Positions 30,376 to 41,149 of a stretch of DNA of 64,000 bases are shown here, piece after piece (the stretch's first letter is position 1; the number at the start of each line of letters is the position of its first letter). Location of the stretch: positions 1,600,001-1,664,000 of the forward strand of contig OY821641.1 in NCBI GenBank assembly GCA_963555995.3, written 5' to 3'. The DNA comes from Vicinamibacteria bacterium (GTDB lineage Bacteria; Acidobacteriota; Vicinamibacteria; Marinacidobacterales; Marinacidobacteraceae). The notes beneath the pieces are model-generated. The model worked only from the letters and a program-made list of their open reading frames with translations, did no database searches and had not been told where the DNA came from. The translations under genes and the position numbers were made by a program.

Positions 30376-32304
30376 GTGGCTGAGTCGGGCCTCCCGGCGT
30401 TCGAGCGCGCCCGCGGGGTCGCGGTCGGCGTCCTCACCCTCCTGCTGACCGGCTTCGTGCTGGTCGAGGTGAACCGGCCGGCGCTCACCCCCCAGGCGCA
30501 GCTTGCGGCATTCGGGCTCGCCGGCCTGCCGCTCGCCTTCCTCATCCGGATGAAGCCCGGCGATCCGTGGTGGCGGCGCGGGACGGACATCCTGGGTCTG
30601 CTGTCCGCGGTGGCGGGCTGCGCCTACGTCCTCTACTGGAGCGGTTTCGGTCCGGAGGCGCTCGGCGACCGCGCCGGCGGGGAGACCGGCCTCGACATCG
30701 CGCTCGGGCTCCTCGGGCTGTTCGGCGTGCTCGCGGCGACGGCGCGGGTGATCGGGCCCGCCCTGCCCGTCCTCGCGGGTCTCTTCCTCGCCTACGCCCT
30801 GATCGGCCCGCACCTTCCGGAGTTCCTCTTCCCCCACCGGGGCTATTCGCTCGCCCGCATCGCTTCCCAGGGGTTCCTGCAGAGCCAGGGGGTCTTCGGG
30901 ATCGCGATGAAGGTCATGTTCGCCTACGTGTTCCTGTTCGTGGTGTTCGGGGCGATGCTGCAGGCGACCGGGGCCATCCGCTTCATCACCACCTCGGCGC
31001 GCCGTCTCTTCCTCGGCACGGTGGGAGGCGCGGCCAAGGTCTCGGTGGTCGCGAACGCGATGATGGGGTCGCTGTCGGGGAGCGCCGTCGCCGACGCGGC
31101 GACCACCGGCACGGTGACCATCCCCCTGATGCGGAGCACCGGCTTCACCGCGCGCGCGGCGGCCGGGATCACGGCGGCGGCCAGTTCCGGGGCGGCGCTC
31201 GTGCCGCCGGTGATGGGCGCCGCCGCCTACATGATGCTCGAGCTGGTGGACCCGCCGGTGAGCTATCTCCAGGTGGTGCAGGCGGCGATCCTCCCCGCCC
31301 TCCTCTACTACGTGGCCCTCATCGCCATGGTCCACCTGCACGCCCGCCGCCATCTGGTGACGGCCCCGGCGGACGGCGAGGCGGAAGGGAACGGCGAGCA
31401 GGTCCCCCTCCAGGCGGGCATCGTGTTCGGGGTCGGCCTCGTTTCGCTGGTCGTGGCCCTCCTCGCCGGACGGACCGTGTTCCGGGCGGTCAGCGTCGCC
31501 TTGCTGATCGTGGTCCTGGCCTCCCTCTGGCACCACAGCACCCGCCCCGACCTCCGGAAGCTGCTGGATTCGCTGAGGCGGATCGCCCAGGGGGCCGCTC
31601 CCCTGGTCGCGGCGGCCGGAGCCGTCGGAATCATCCTCGGCATGGTCACCCTCACGGGGCTCGGCACCCGCTTTCCGGCGGCCGTCCTGTCGGTCGCCGG
31701 CGAAGGGCTGCTCCCTGCCCTCCTCCTCATCATGGTGGGTTCCATCGTCCTGGGGATGGGGCTCCCGTCGGCCGTCTGCTACCTGCTGATGGCGATCCTC
31801 ATCGGGCCGGTGATCGGCCAGCTCGGCGTGCCCCCGCTCTCGGTGCACTTCTTCATCTTCTACTTCGGGATGATGTCCATGGTGACCCCGCCGGTGGCGC
31901 TCGCCGCCTACACCACCGCGGGCATCGCCAACACCCCGATCATCCCGGCGGCGCTCACCGCCTTCCGCTACGCGCTGGCCGGGTTCGCCCTGCCCTACTT
32001 CTTCGTCTTCCGTCCGGAGCTTCTCCTGATCCTGGACGGAGGCCGCGGCGTCCCCGGAGCGATCGTCGCCGTCCTCCTGGGCAGCGCGGTCGTGCTGCTC
32101 CTCTCGGTGGGGATCGCGGGCTGGCTGTTCGGCCCGCTCACGGCGCCCGTTCGGGCCGCCGCCCTGACCGCGGCCGGACTCCTGCTCTGGCCGCCGGCGC
32201 CGGGCGAACTGTTCGCGTTGCCCAACTTCCTGGGAATGGCGGCGCTGGCGGCGCTTCTCCTCTTCGCGTACCTCGGTCCGCGCCGCAGCCCGGCGGCGAG
32301 TTGA
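30376..32304 (+). CDS. TRAP transporter 4TM/12TM fused permease
   Basis: GGAAKVSVV, GSAVAD...TG.VTIP, PPVMGAAA, GMGLPS, TPPVALAAY. Confidence 0.93.
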   Translation: MAESGLPAFERARGVAVGVLTLLLTGFVLVEVNRPALTPQAQLAAFGLAGLPLAFLIRMKPGDPWWRRGTDILGLLSAVAGCAYVLYWSGFGPEALGDRAGGETGLDIALGLLGLFGVLAATARVIGPALPVLAGLFLAYALIGPHLPEFLFPHRGYSLARIASQGFLQSQGVFGIAMKVMFAYVFLFVVFGAMLQATGAIRFITTSARRLFLGTVGGAAKVSVVANAMMGSLSGSAVADAATTGTVTIPLMRSTGFTARAAAGITAAASSGAALVPPVMGAAAYMMLELVDPPVSYLQVVQAAILPALLYYVALIAMVHLHARRHLVTAPADGEAEGNGEQVPLQAGIVFGVGLVSLVVALLAGRTVFRAVSVALLIVVLASLWHHSTRPDLRKLLDSLRRIAQGAAPLVAAAGAVGIILGMVTLTGLGTRFPAAVLSVAGEGLLPALLLIMVGSIVLGMGLPSAVCYLLMAILIGPVIGQLGVPPLSVHFFIFYFGMMSMVTPPVALAAYTTAGIANTPIIPAALTAFRYALAGFALPYFFVFRPELLLILDGGRGVPGAIVAVLLGSAVVLLLSVGIAGWLFGPLTAPVRAAALTAAGLLLWPPAPGELFALPNFLGMAALAALLLFAYLGPRRSPAAS

Positions 32305-32325
32305 TGCCGGCGGCCCGAACGTCCG

Positions 32326-33708
32326 TCAGCCACCGATGCAGTAGAGCGCTTCCGCGGTCCTGAGGAAGATCCGGCCCCCGGACATGGCCATCGAACTCAG
32401 GGTGTAGGCGCCCATGTCGTTGGTGGCGAGGATTTCGAGGGCGTCGCTCCCCAGCCCCACCACGGTGGCCACGCCGTCCTCGTTGATGATGTAGATGCGG
32501 CCCTCGGCCAGCACCGGCGAGGCGCTGTAGGTGCCGGACGGCAGCCGGGTCGGCCCCAGCAGGACCTCGCCGGTCTTGGCGTCGAGCGCGTACATCACCC
32601 CGTTGTCGGTCACCACGTAGAAGCGCTCGCCGTCGGTCACCGGGCTCGGGACGTCGGGTCCCCGGTCGAACGACCAGACGCGGTGCGAGTCGGTGATGTC
32701 CCCTTCCCCGCCGGTGCGGAGCGCGAGCAGCGGCTTCACCCGCGTCGGCGCGTAGATGATGCCGTCCTTCACCACCGGGGACGCCACGATGCGGTAGGCG
32801 CCGTTGTTCTCCGGGTTGAGGCCGTCGGAGCGCCAGCGCTCCCGGCCGGTGTCGAGATCATGTCCCGTCACCACATCGCCCCCGGTGATCACCAGTTCGA
32901 AGCGCCCGTCCACGTCGTGGACGAAGGGCGTCGTGTAGGAGTCGGGGGATTCCCGGATCGCGTCGGTCGGCCGCTCCACCCGCCACTCGGTCTCGCCGGT
33001 CGCCTTGGCGATGCGCAGGAGGTAGGAGGGGTCGTCGGTCTTCATCCCGTGCAGCACCTGCACGTAGATCGCGTCCTCGAAGAGGAGCGGGCTGCTCGCG
33101 TAACCCCAGTTCAGTCCGAAATCGCCGTAGTCCGCCGGGATGTTGCGCGACCAGCGCTCGGTCCCCGCGAAGTCGAACGCCTTGAGGACCCCGGTGCCGG
33201 TCAGCACGAAGACGTGTTCCCCGTCGGTCACCGGAGAGGGCGAGGACATGTTCTGCTTGCGTCCGCGGGTGTCCCGGTCGCTCAGGTGACGCGTCCAGCG
33301 CACCGATCCGTCGGCCCGGTCGAGCGCCCACAGTTCGATGTGCCCGGTATAGGCGACGTTGCCGCGGCCCTCGGCGGCGCGGCGCCGGCGGCCGTAACCC
33401 TCGGACGGGTTGGCGGGGACCCCGGCGGCGTCCTCCGGGATGGAGACGTTGAGGAAGATCGTGTCTCCCGAGATGATCGGGGTCGCGCCGCTCCAGGCGG
33501 GCATCGGAACCTTCCACACGATCCCGTTCTCGGTGTCCCATTCGACCGGCAGGCCGGTCTCGCCGCTGACCCCGTCGTGGGTGGGGCCGCGCCAGTGCGG
33601 CCAGTCCTCGGCGAAGGCGGTTGCCGGGAGGAAACCGGCGGTCAGCAGGACCGGGAGAAGTCGAAGAGCGAGTCGGGACACGGCGGGACCTCCGGAAGTG
33701 CCGTCCAT
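32326..33708 (-). CDS. PQQ-like (BamB-type) beta-propeller secreted protein
   Basis: Signal peptide, DWPHWRGP, repeated SPV/SPL and W motifs. Start is approximate. Confidence 0.85.
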   Translation of the reverse strand: MDGTSGGPAVSRLALRLLPVLLTAGFLPATAFAEDWPHWRGPTHDGVSGETGLPVEWDTENGIVWKVPMPAWSGATPIISGDTIFLNVSIPEDAAGVPANPSEGYGRRRRAAEGRGNVAYTGHIELWALDRADGSVRWTRHLSDRDTRGRKQNMSSPSPVTDGEHVFVLTGTGVLKAFDFAGTERWSRNIPADYGDFGLNWGYASSPLLFEDAIYVQVLHGMKTDDPSYLLRIAKATGETEWRVERPTDAIRESPDSYTTPFVHDVDGRFELVITGGDVVTGHDLDTGRERWRSDGLNPENNGAYRIVASPVVKDGIIYAPTRVKPLLALRTGGEGDITDSHRVWSFDRGPDVPSPVTDGERFYVVTDNGVMYALDAKTGEVLLGPTRLPSGTYSASPVLAEGRIYIINEDGVATVVGLGSDALEILATNDMGAYTLSSMAMSGGRIFLRTAEALYCIGG

Positions 33709-33727
33709 TGTAGAAGGACGAGCGGAA

Positions 33728-35923
33728 CTACCGCGTGATCCCGAAGAGCCGGTCAATCGCCCGGATGACGAGCACGCCGCCGCTCGCCGCCGGGGACGCC
33801 ATCACGATCCGGTCCACGCTGTTCTTCGCGAGCAGCTCGTATTCGCGTCCCGCCCGCACGACGAACGTCTCCCCTTCCTCGGTCGTGAAGTAGAGCCGGC
33901 CGTCGGCGGCGAACGGCGAGGCCGCGTAGGAGCCCCCGACGCCCCCGATCCGGGCGCGGTAGAGACGCTCGCCGGTCTCGCCGTCGTAGGCGGAGAGGCG
34001 GCCGTTGTTCGCGCCGAGGTAGAGGACGCCGCGGTAGAAGATCGGCGAGGGGATGTACACCCCGCCCCGATCCTTGCTCCAGGCGATGGCCTCGCTCGAA
34101 TCCTCACCGGGCGCGAGGGTGAGGTCGCCCTCCGCCCCGGGCCGGATCGCGTAGATCGGGCGGATGGGCGGATATCCCGCCTGCACGAACAGCAGGCCGT
34201 CGCCGAGCAGCGGCACGCTGATCGGGATCTCCGAGTTGGGGCCGAGTCGCCAGCGCTCGGCGCCGGTGGCCGCGTCGTAGCCGCGGATCACGGTGCCGTT
34301 CACGACCACCTCGGCGTCTCCCCCCACGTCGTGCACGAACGGCGTGGAGAACGTCGAGACCTCGTCGCGGGGGGTCCGCCAGCGGGGTTCTCCGTCTTCG
34401 AGGCCGAAGGCGCCGAGGAAGGCGTCGCCGTGGACGTCCGCCAGCACGATCACCGCATCGCCGTGGATCACGGGAGAGGAAGCGTGGCCCCACTGGTAGT
34501 CGGGGTCGTAGAACCAGCCGCTGTTCAGGACCCCGACCTCACGCTCCCAGAGCAGGTTGCCCTCGAGGTCGTGAGCGAGGAGCGCGCCCATGCTCCCGAG
34601 CAACGTGACGATCCGCTCGCCGTCGGTGACCGGGGTGGCGTTCGCCTGGCTCGACTTGGTGTGCCGGCGTGTCATCGGGACGCCGCGCCGCAGTTCGGTG
34701 GTCCAGAGCGGTTCTCCGGTCAGGAGCTCGAACGCTCGCAGTTCCCAGCGGTGCTCGCTGTCGTTCTGGACCGGCGCAACATCGCCGTAGAGGCCGATCC
34801 GGAACTCCGAGTCCTCGGTCAGGCTCGCGGCGATGACCACGTACACCCGGTCCTCCCACACGATCGGGCTCGACACCCCGAGACCCGGGAGGGGGGCTTC
34901 CCAGGCGATCCCCTCGCCGTCGGCCGCGTTCCAGCGGAGCGGCACTCCCTGCTCGTCGGCGATCCCCGATCCCCGAGGACCGCGGAACTGCGGCCAGGGG
35001 CGCGCCCGGATGGGCGCGAGGTCTCCCGGTGCGGAAGCCGCTTCCGCGGCCACCGCCGCCTCGGCGACCTCCCGCGCCGCGGCGCGGCTTTCGGCCTCAC
35101 CCTCGGGCCCGTAGGCGACCGTTTCGCCGCCGGTTTCGACGATCAACCGCTCGACCATGCCGCCCCGGCCCGGGAAGCCGTAGCGGGCTCCGCCCTCGGT
35201 GATGAAGGACCGCGGGCCGCCGCGCGGCGCGAGCGCGACCGGGGGACCGGTGAAGCGCTCGTCCCCCGAACCGGAGTCACGCTCGAAATTGCGCGCCTGA
35301 AGCACTCCGTCCTCGGACACGACCCGCACTCCCCGCTCCGCGGTCTCGTTCCAGTAGCTCCCGGCGAGCTGCTGCCGGGCCTCCTCGGTGAGCTCGGGCG
35401 CCGCCGCCGCCCGCGCGGTCCGCTCCCGGAGAAGGGCCGCGATGCCTTCCGAGGCCGCGGCCTCCCGCGCGGCCGCGAGCGCGTCCTCGTCGAAGTTCCC
35501 GTTATCGAGGACGGCGTGCAGCAACTCCTCGTCACCCTGCCGCGACGCCCGCACCAGCAGCCCGCCGACGCCCGGCGCCCCGCGTCCGAGCAGGAAGAAG
35601 ACGACCTCCCGGTGTCCGGAGCCCGCGGCCCGGCCGAGGGCCGTCATCTGGTAGAAGCGGTCCTCGATGCCGAGGGCTGCCCCCGCATCGGCGAGGCGCC
35701 GGACGGCATCCAGATGTCCCCGGTCGGCGGCGAAGAACAGCGCGGTGGCGCCGTAGCGGTTCGGAGCGTCCACGTCGGCGCCAGCGGCGAGCAGCTCTTC
35801 GATCTGCCCGACGTCACCGTCCCGGGCGGCGCTACGGAGCGCCTCGCCCGGGTCCTCCTGGGCCCCTGCGGAAGGTGCGAGAAGCAGCGCGAGCGCCGCC
35901 AAAAAGACTGAGAGAGATTTCAC
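33728..35923 (-). CDS. Ankyrin-repeat plus PQQ-like beta-propeller fusion protein
   Basis: RBS GGAGGAGG, GTG start, signal peptide, ankyrin repeats ([10 protein letters not shown]...GADVDA; [13 protein letters not shown]; [11 protein letters not shown]), then a WPQFRGP propeller. Confidence 0.85.
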   Translation of the reverse strand: MKSLSVFLAALALLLAPSAGAQEDPGEALRSAARDGDVGQIEELLAAGADVDAPNRYGATALFFAADRGHLDAVRRLADAGAALGIEDRFYQMTALGRAAGSGHREVVFFLLGRGAPGVGGLLVRASRQGDEELLHAVLDNGNFDEDALAAAREAAASEGIAALLRERTARAAAAPELTEEARQQLAGSYWNETAERGVRVVSEDGVLQARNFERDSGSGDERFTGPPVALAPRGGPRSFITEGGARYGFPGRGGMVERLIVETGGETVAYGPEGEAESRAAAREVAEAAVAAEAASAPGDLAPIRARPWPQFRGPRGSGIADEQGVPLRWNAADGEGIAWEAPLPGLGVSSPIVWEDRVYVVIAASLTEDSEFRIGLYGDVAPVQNDSEHRWELRAFELLTGEPLWTTELRRGVPMTRRHTKSSQANATPVTDGERIVTLLGSMGALLAHDLEGNLLWEREVGVLNSGWFYDPDYQWGHASSPVIHGDAVIVLADVHGDAFLGAFGLEDGEPRWRTPRDEVSTFSTPFVHDVGGDAEVVVNGTVIRGYDAATGAERWRLGPNSEIPISVPLLGDGLLFVQAGYPPIRPIYAIRPGAEGDLTLAPGEDSSEAIAWSKDRGGVYIPSPIFYRGVLYLGANNGRLSAYDGETGERLYRARIGGVGGSYAASPFAADGRLYFTTEEGETFVVRAGREYELLAKNSVDRIVMASPAASGGVLVIRAIDRLFGITR

Positions 35924-36037
35924 GTCGCCTCCTCCGCCTGCATTCTGTCGCTTCCGTGAGCCGGCTGGCTCCGCAGTAGCGACAGTCCGTGGTGGCGAGC
36001 CCATTATCCCGCTCGCTGCCGGATATGCTCGGGCCGG

Positions 36038-36793
36038 ATGGCCCAGTACGACGCGATCGCCGCCGCCTACCAGGACTCGAAGCAGCTTCCCTTCCGGAAA
36101 CACATCGAGCGCCACACGCTCTTCGAGGCCCTCGGAGACCTGCGCGGCCTCCGCGTGCTCGACCTCGCGTGCGGGGAGGGTTTCTACACCCGGCTGTTGA
36201 AGCTGGCGGGCGCCGCCGAGGTGACCGGGGTGGACATCTCGGAAGAAATGATTCGCCTCGCCGAGCGGCAGGAACGGGAGAACCCCCTCGGATGCCGCTA
36301 CGTCGCCTCCGACGCGGCGGAATACCAGCCCGAAGGCCCCGTGGACCTGGTCGTCGCCGTGTACCTCCTGCACTACGCCGGGAGCGCGGACAAGCTGCTC
36401 CGCTTCCTCGAGGTTTGTCACGCCGCGCTCCGTCCCGGCGGACGGCTCGTCGGGTTCAACGACAACGTGCTGGACCCGCCGCGCGGGACCGTTTCCTGGA
36501 GCAAGTACGGGATCGTCAAGACGGGACCGGCCATCCCCACGGCGGGCGCGCCGATCCGCTACCGCCTCACGAACTCCGACGGCGCGACGTTCGAGTTCGA
36601 CAACTACTACGAGAGCCCCGAGACCTACGCGCGGGCGTTCGAGGCGGCGGGCTTCCGCGACTTCCGCTGGCTCGACGTTTCGCTCGACCCCGCCGAGCGG
36701 AACAACCCCTTCTGGGACGACTTCCTCAAGAACCCGCCGGTCATCGCCTTCACCGCGAAGAAGCAGTTGCGGGGAGTTCGCCACCGGGCGTGA
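36038..36793 (+). CDS. Class I SAM-dependent methyltransferase (ToxA-like small-molecule MTase)
   Basis: VLDLACGEG, GVDISEEMI, YLLHYA, LRPGG. Confidence 0.9.
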   Translation: MAQYDAIAAAYQDSKQLPFRKHIERHTLFEALGDLRGLRVLDLACGEGFYTRLLKLAGAAEVTGVDISEEMIRLAERQERENPLGCRYVASDAAEYQPEGPVDLVVAVYLLHYAGSADKLLRFLEVCHAALRPGGRLVGFNDNVLDPPRGTVSWSKYGIVKTGPAIPTAGAPIRYRLTNSDGATFEFDNYYESPETYARAFEAAGFRDFRWLDVSLDPAERNNPFWDDFLKNPPVIAFTAKKQLRGVRHRA

Positions 36794-36807
36794 TCGCGTA
36801 CCGGCTT

Positions 36808-36830
36808 GGAACGCCGGTCTCCAGACCGGC
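36808..36830 (+). repeat. REP-like palindrome
   Basis: GGAACGCCGGTCTCCAGACCGGC, identical to 22900-22922. Confidence 0.85.
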
Positions 36831-36885
36831 ACCGCGGCCCGCAGGGCCGCAGCGGCGCAGCGCCCGCCGGGCCGTGCGGCCGGTC

Positions 36886-37415
36886 GAATCACACAAGCTC
36901 GGGGCGTGAGGCAGGCCGAATCACACAAGCTCGGGGTGCGAAGCGGGCCGAATCACACAAGCTCGGGGTGCGAAGCGGGCTGAATCACACAAGCTCGGGC
37001 CGTGAGACGGGTCGAATCACATAAGCTCGGGGGTGTGAGGCGGGCTGAATCACATAAGCTCGGGGGTGTGAGGCGGGCTGAATCACATAAGCTCGGGGCG
37101 CGAGACGGGCCGAATCACATAAGCTCGGGACGCGAGACGGGCCGAATCACACAAGCTCGGGGCGCGAGACGGGCCGAATCACACAAGCTCGGGGTGCGAA
37201 GCGGGCTGAATCACACAAGCTCGGGCCGTGAGACGGGTCGAATCACATAAGCTCGGGCCGTCAGATGGGCTGAATCACATAAGCTCGGGGGTGTGAGGCG
37301 GGCTGAATCACATAAGCTCGGGGCGCGAGACGGGCCGAATCACATAAGCTCGGGGCGCGAGACGGGCCGAATCACACAAGCTCGGGGTGTGAGGCGGGCT
37401 GAATCACACAAGCTT
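36886..37415. repeat. Tandem array of 17 units, 32-33 bp period
   Basis: 15-bp core GAATCACAYAAGCTC at 36886, 36918, 36950, 36982, 37014, 37047, 37080, 37112, 37144, 37176, 37208, 37240, 37272, 37305, 37337, 37369 and 37401, separated by 17-18 bp semi-variable segments. Confidence 0.95.
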
Positions 37416-37425
37416 GGCTGCGAGC

Positions 37426-40230
37426 TTACGAGCGCACCCGGCGCGTCCGTTTGCGGCGCGTTTTCTTCTTGGCGCTCGCGGTGAGGGGAGCGCGCATCCG
37501 CTCGTAGAGCGCGAAGAGGTGCTCGACACGTTCCCGCTCCGACGGGAATTTGCGGGGCCGGTAGAGGCGGTCCACGGCGCGGTCGAGGGTTGCGTGCGTT
37601 CGGCGCAAATCCGGCGGCATCAGATCCGGATCGTAGAGGTCGGCGAGCGTCGCTTCCGGATAAGCGGCGCGGGCGTCAAGCACGGCCTCGGCGAGGGGAT
37701 CCAGCGTTGACAGGTCCGCTCCCCCCGGGGGTGGCGGGAAGGGGTTGTACACGAAGCCGCTCGAATACCGGTAGTCGCTCTTCAACCGGCCGCCGATGTT
37801 CCTGAGCCACGCCATGTGCATGGCGGAGGTGAGAAGCCCGAAGAGACCGAGCGTGGCGTCCTCTACGACCAGCAACTGGTTGCTGGGAATCGCCGGCGGG
37901 CTCAGGTATCCGATCGGAACGTATCGGCGTCGTTCCGAGCTGACCTCCGGAATCACGAGAAAATCCCTCGTGGGGACAACCGTGACGTGGAACTCGGTTG
38001 GACGGTCGGCGAGCGACTGGCCCAGTTTCCCGGCTTCGGTCGCCCGGTAGTTGCGCACGGCCCTGATGCGCCCCATCACGCCCGGCAGGACGCGCAGCTT
38101 CGCCGGCGACTCGCCGGCAGGATAGAGGATCCACCGTTCGAGGCGATTGATGTGCTCCCTGCCCCCGATGAATGGGCGCACCATCGTTCGGGCACCCGGT
38201 TCCATCGCCAGCAGGTTCGCGCGTTCCGTCGCGTCGAGAACGTAGTGGCCGCCGTCCACCGGTTTGGAACCTACGCCGATCCGAGGAAAGCCGCCGGAAG
38301 AGCTCCGCTCGCGCTGAACGACCAAGTGGGGATTCTGCAACCCCCCGGCGTCGAACAGGTACGGGGAGAGCGCCGCGTGCGCGCTCTCGTGCGGGTCTCC
38401 CTTCGGGTCGTCGTAGGAAAAGAGGCGCCGGACCGGTGGAGCGGCCGCCCGATCCGCCAAGCCCACGATGACGACATGCACATGGGCCATGCCGCGTGCC
38501 TCGGACTGCCACGCGAACGTGCGATGGGCGAAGGCGATCTCCAGTCCGTAGCGGGAGAACAGGGCCGGCCAGAGCTGGGGCGCCTGCTCGCCCTGCGTGA
38601 TCGAGTTCGTGGCCACGAACCCGATTCGGGCCCGTCCTCCCTTGAAATAGCCCCCGGCCTTGAGGAACCACGCCGCCACGTAGTCGAGCCGCGAGCCCGT
38701 CGCTCCGAGCTCCGCCATGAGCGTCCGCGTCTGCCGTTGTTTCGGCGCGTCACGCCAGACGAACCCTCCGAACGGCGGGTTGCCGAGGATGAACGAGCAG
38801 TTCTTCGCCGACAGCACATCTTCCCAGTTCATCTCCAGCGCGTCGCGGCAGTGGATGTGCGGTGAGCGCCGCAGCGGAATCCGGGCGTACGCCTCGCCGA
38901 ACTCCAGACTGAGTTCGTTGTTCATCAGGTGGTCCATCATCCACAGCGCCACCTCGGCGATCCGGGCCGGGAACTCCCCGATCTCGATGCCGTAGAACCG
39001 GTCCACATCGAGCCGGGACAGCGAACTCACGTCGAACTGAAGGACGCGCCGCTCCCCGCGCCTCAGCAACTCGCGGAGCACCTCGAGCTCCAGCCGGCGG
39101 AGCTCCCGGTAGGCGATCACGAGGAAGTTGCCGCAGCCGCAGGCGGGATCGAAGAAGGTGAGTTCGCCGAGCCGATCCTGAAACGCTCGGAGTTGCGTCG
39201 CCCGACCCCGGCGGAGTGCCCTGACCCGGGCGAACTCGTCCCATAGCTCGTCGAGGAAGAGCGGCTGAATGACCTTGAGGATGTTCGCTTCCGTCGTGTA
39301 GTGCGCTCCCTGCGCGCGGCGCTCCACCGGGTCCATCACGAACTGGAAGAGCGACCCGAAGATCGCCGGGGAGATGCTCGACCAGTTGAACCGGCAGGCT
39401 GCGAGCAACTGCTCCCGCATCGTTGCCGTGAAGTCGGGGATCGAGATCCGGTCCGCGAAGAGGTCCCCGTCCACGTGCGGGAACCGCGCCAGATCCTCGT
39501 CGAGCGCCGCTCCCCTCTCGCCTTCGGGCGTGTCCAGCACCTGGAAAAGCCGCATCAGCAACGGGCCGAGGTCGGTCCCGTCCTCGCGGGTCCGGGTCTC
39601 CACGAAGTCGAGCAAGAGATCCCGCGGCTCGAACACCCCGGTGTCGTCCGCGAACAGGCAGAACACGATCCGCACCAGGAACCGTTCGAGGTCGTGCCGC
39701 GCGTAACCCGTATCCCGAAGGCTGTCGTGAAGTCTCCCGACCAGTTCCGCCGCCTCGATGTTCGCCGGGTCCTGATCGCGAAACGTCCGGCTGGCCACCC
39801 CCAGGATGAAGCCGAACTTCTCGACGTGGTCCGGCAACTGGTCGAGCTGGAAGGAAGCCACGTCCCGCTGGAGCAGGTCGTGCAACTCGAAGCGCTGGAA
39901 GTCGCTCACCAGGATGAAGCGGGGCTTGTCGCGCTCGGCAAGCGCGTCGAAATAGCCCCCGGCCTGTTCGTAGGCCGCTTCCAGGTCGCGTCCGGCGCTC
40001 TTCTGCTCGACGATCAGGACGCCCGGCCAGAAGAGATCAATGAACCCGCCGGTGTCGTCGAGCTTCTGGACGTGTTCCTCGTAGCGGGCCACCGACTCCC
40101 GGCGCACCCCGAAGATCTGGAAGAAATCGTTGTAGAAGCTCTGCGTCTCGCCCTTCTCGTAACTGGCGTCCGCCCACTTCCGCGCGAAGGACGCCGAACG
40201 GACTCGAATCTCGTTCCAGGAGAGGCGCAT
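37426..40230 (-). CDS. MmeI-like type IIL/IIG restriction-modification enzyme (nuclease, N6-adenine MTase, TRD)
   Basis: PD-(D/E)xK-like FIDLFWPGVLIVEQKS, GAHYT, motif I FFDPACGCGNF, motif IV GNPPF, VSSERRRYVPIG, GGRLKSDYRYS, TLADLYDP..MP. Confidence 0.92.
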   Translation of the reverse strand: MRLSWNEIRVRSASFARKWADASYEKGETQSFYNDFFQIFGVRRESVARYEEHVQKLDDTGGFIDLFWPGVLIVEQKSAGRDLEAAYEQAGGYFDALAERDKPRFILVSDFQRFELHDLLQRDVASFQLDQLPDHVEKFGFILGVASRTFRDQDPANIEAAELVGRLHDSLRDTGYARHDLERFLVRIVFCLFADDTGVFEPRDLLLDFVETRTREDGTDLGPLLMRLFQVLDTPEGERGAALDEDLARFPHVDGDLFADRISIPDFTATMREQLLAACRFNWSSISPAIFGSLFQFVMDPVERRAQGAHYTTEANILKVIQPLFLDELWDEFARVRALRRGRATQLRAFQDRLGELTFFDPACGCGNFLVIAYRELRRLELEVLRELLRRGERRVLQFDVSSLSRLDVDRFYGIEIGEFPARIAEVALWMMDHLMNNELSLEFGEAYARIPLRRSPHIHCRDALEMNWEDVLSAKNCSFILGNPPFGGFVWRDAPKQRQTRTLMAELGATGSRLDYVAAWFLKAGGYFKGGRARIGFVATNSITQGEQAPQLWPALFSRYGLEIAFAHRTFAWQSEARGMAHVHVVIVGLADRAAAPPVRRLFSYDDPKGDPHESAHAALSPYLFDAGGLQNPHLVVQRERSSSGGFPRIGVGSKPVDGGHYVLDATERANLLAMEPGARTMVRPFIGGREHINRLERWILYPAGESPAKLRVLPGVMGRIRAVRNYRATEAGKLGQSLADRPTEFHVTVVPTRDFLVIPEVSSERRRYVPIGYLSPPAIPSNQLLVVEDATLGLFGLLTSAMHMAWLRNIGGRLKSDYRYSSGFVYNPFPPPPGGADLSTLDPLAEAVLDARAAYPEATLADLYDPDLMPPDLRRTHATLDRAVDRLYRPRKFPSERERVEHLFALYERMRAPLTASAKKKTRRKRTRRVRS

Positions 40231-40272
40231 GGCGGCGGCGTATTGTGGCAGCCGTGCCCGCCCGGAAGGCGG

Positions 40273-41133
40273 TCAGCGCACCGAGCAGCCGTCGTCGCAG
40301 CGGACGGTCACGGGTGGGCAGCCGGGCAGCCGGGCGTCGAGCTCGACCCGGTTGAAATCGGTCCACCGGAAGGGGATCGTGGCCCGGAATCCGTCGCCGG
40401 TGCCAGTGGCCGCGAAGCCGGTGGTGAACAGCGAGCTCGCCGGGGGATGCGGAAAATCGTCAATGTCGATCTTCGTCTCGTAGGGGTGGACCATGGACAC
40501 CGAGGCATCCGGGTGGGACGCCGCGAGGGTGATCTCGCCGGTCCGCATCCGGCGGGCCTCCGAGCCGCCGAAGCGGGCCGTGACGTCCAAGCCGCCGCAG
40601 CGCACCGGCGGAGAATCCACCACCACCACCCGCAGCGCGTCGTCGGCGAGGGTCAGCCCCGCCGGGAGCCCGCCGGCGGGGGGCGCGAGCCGGATCGTGT
40701 ACGCGGCGTCCGCCTCGCCCGTTCGCCCGTCGGGGAGCGCCTCGATCGCGAAACGGGCCACCCCGCTGACCTTGATCCGGGGAAATCGCGGGGTGACGGC
40801 GTAGGGGGTGCGGAGTTCGTCCGGCGGCGCGTCCGTGACCACGGCGAACTGGAAGCCCGCTTCCGACCCGCCCAGGGGCGAGCCCGGACTGAGCCCCAGC
40901 ACCCGCACCTCGGCGAAGAAGACGCCGCCTTCCACGACCCGGACCGCGCCGCTCGCCGGGACGAGGGAACTGGCGAGCTTCAGGACGATCTGTTCGCCGG
41001 GGGGCGGCGCGGGAGTCGGCGGGGGCGTGGTCGGCAGGCCGCCGCCGTCGGTGCCCTCCCCGCCGCCGCAGGCGGCGAACCCGAGCAGCGCCGTGGCGGC
41101 GAGGATCGCGGCAACCGGAACGTGGGCGATCAC
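40273..41133 (-). CDS. Hypothetical lipoprotein
   Basis: Hydrophobic signal with AAC lipobox, Pro-rich linker, codon usage fits a gene. Confidence 0.65.
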   Translation of the reverse strand: MIAHVPVAAILAATALLGFAACGGGEGTDGGGLPTTPPPTPAPPPGEQIVLKLASSLVPASGAVRVVEGGVFFAEVRVLGLSPGSPLGGSEAGFQFAVVTDAPPDELRTPYAVTPRFPRIKVSGVARFAIEALPDGRTGEADAAYTIRLAPPAGGLPAGLTLADDALRVVVVDSPPVRCGGLDVTARFGGSEARRMRTGEITLAASHPDASVSMVHPYETKIDIDDFPHPPASSLFTTGFAATGTGDGFRATIPFRWTDFNRVELDARLPGCPPVTVRCDDGCSVR

Positions 41134-41149
41134 GAGTCCGTCCTCACAG

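Noticed and set aside
36038-36793. Toxoflavin biosynthetic cluster
   Set aside because: Only a ToxA-like methyltransferase is present, with no other tox-like genes adjacent.
36886-37415. CRISPR array interpretation
   Set aside because: The repeat is only 15-18 bp, the 'spacers' are 14-18 bp, mutually similar and recurring, and there are no cas genes in the window.
36806-37484. Short ORFs with repeated ESHKLG / NHTSSG peptides
   Set aside because: These are translations of the 32/33-bp array whose frame shifts between units, so they are not credible proteins.
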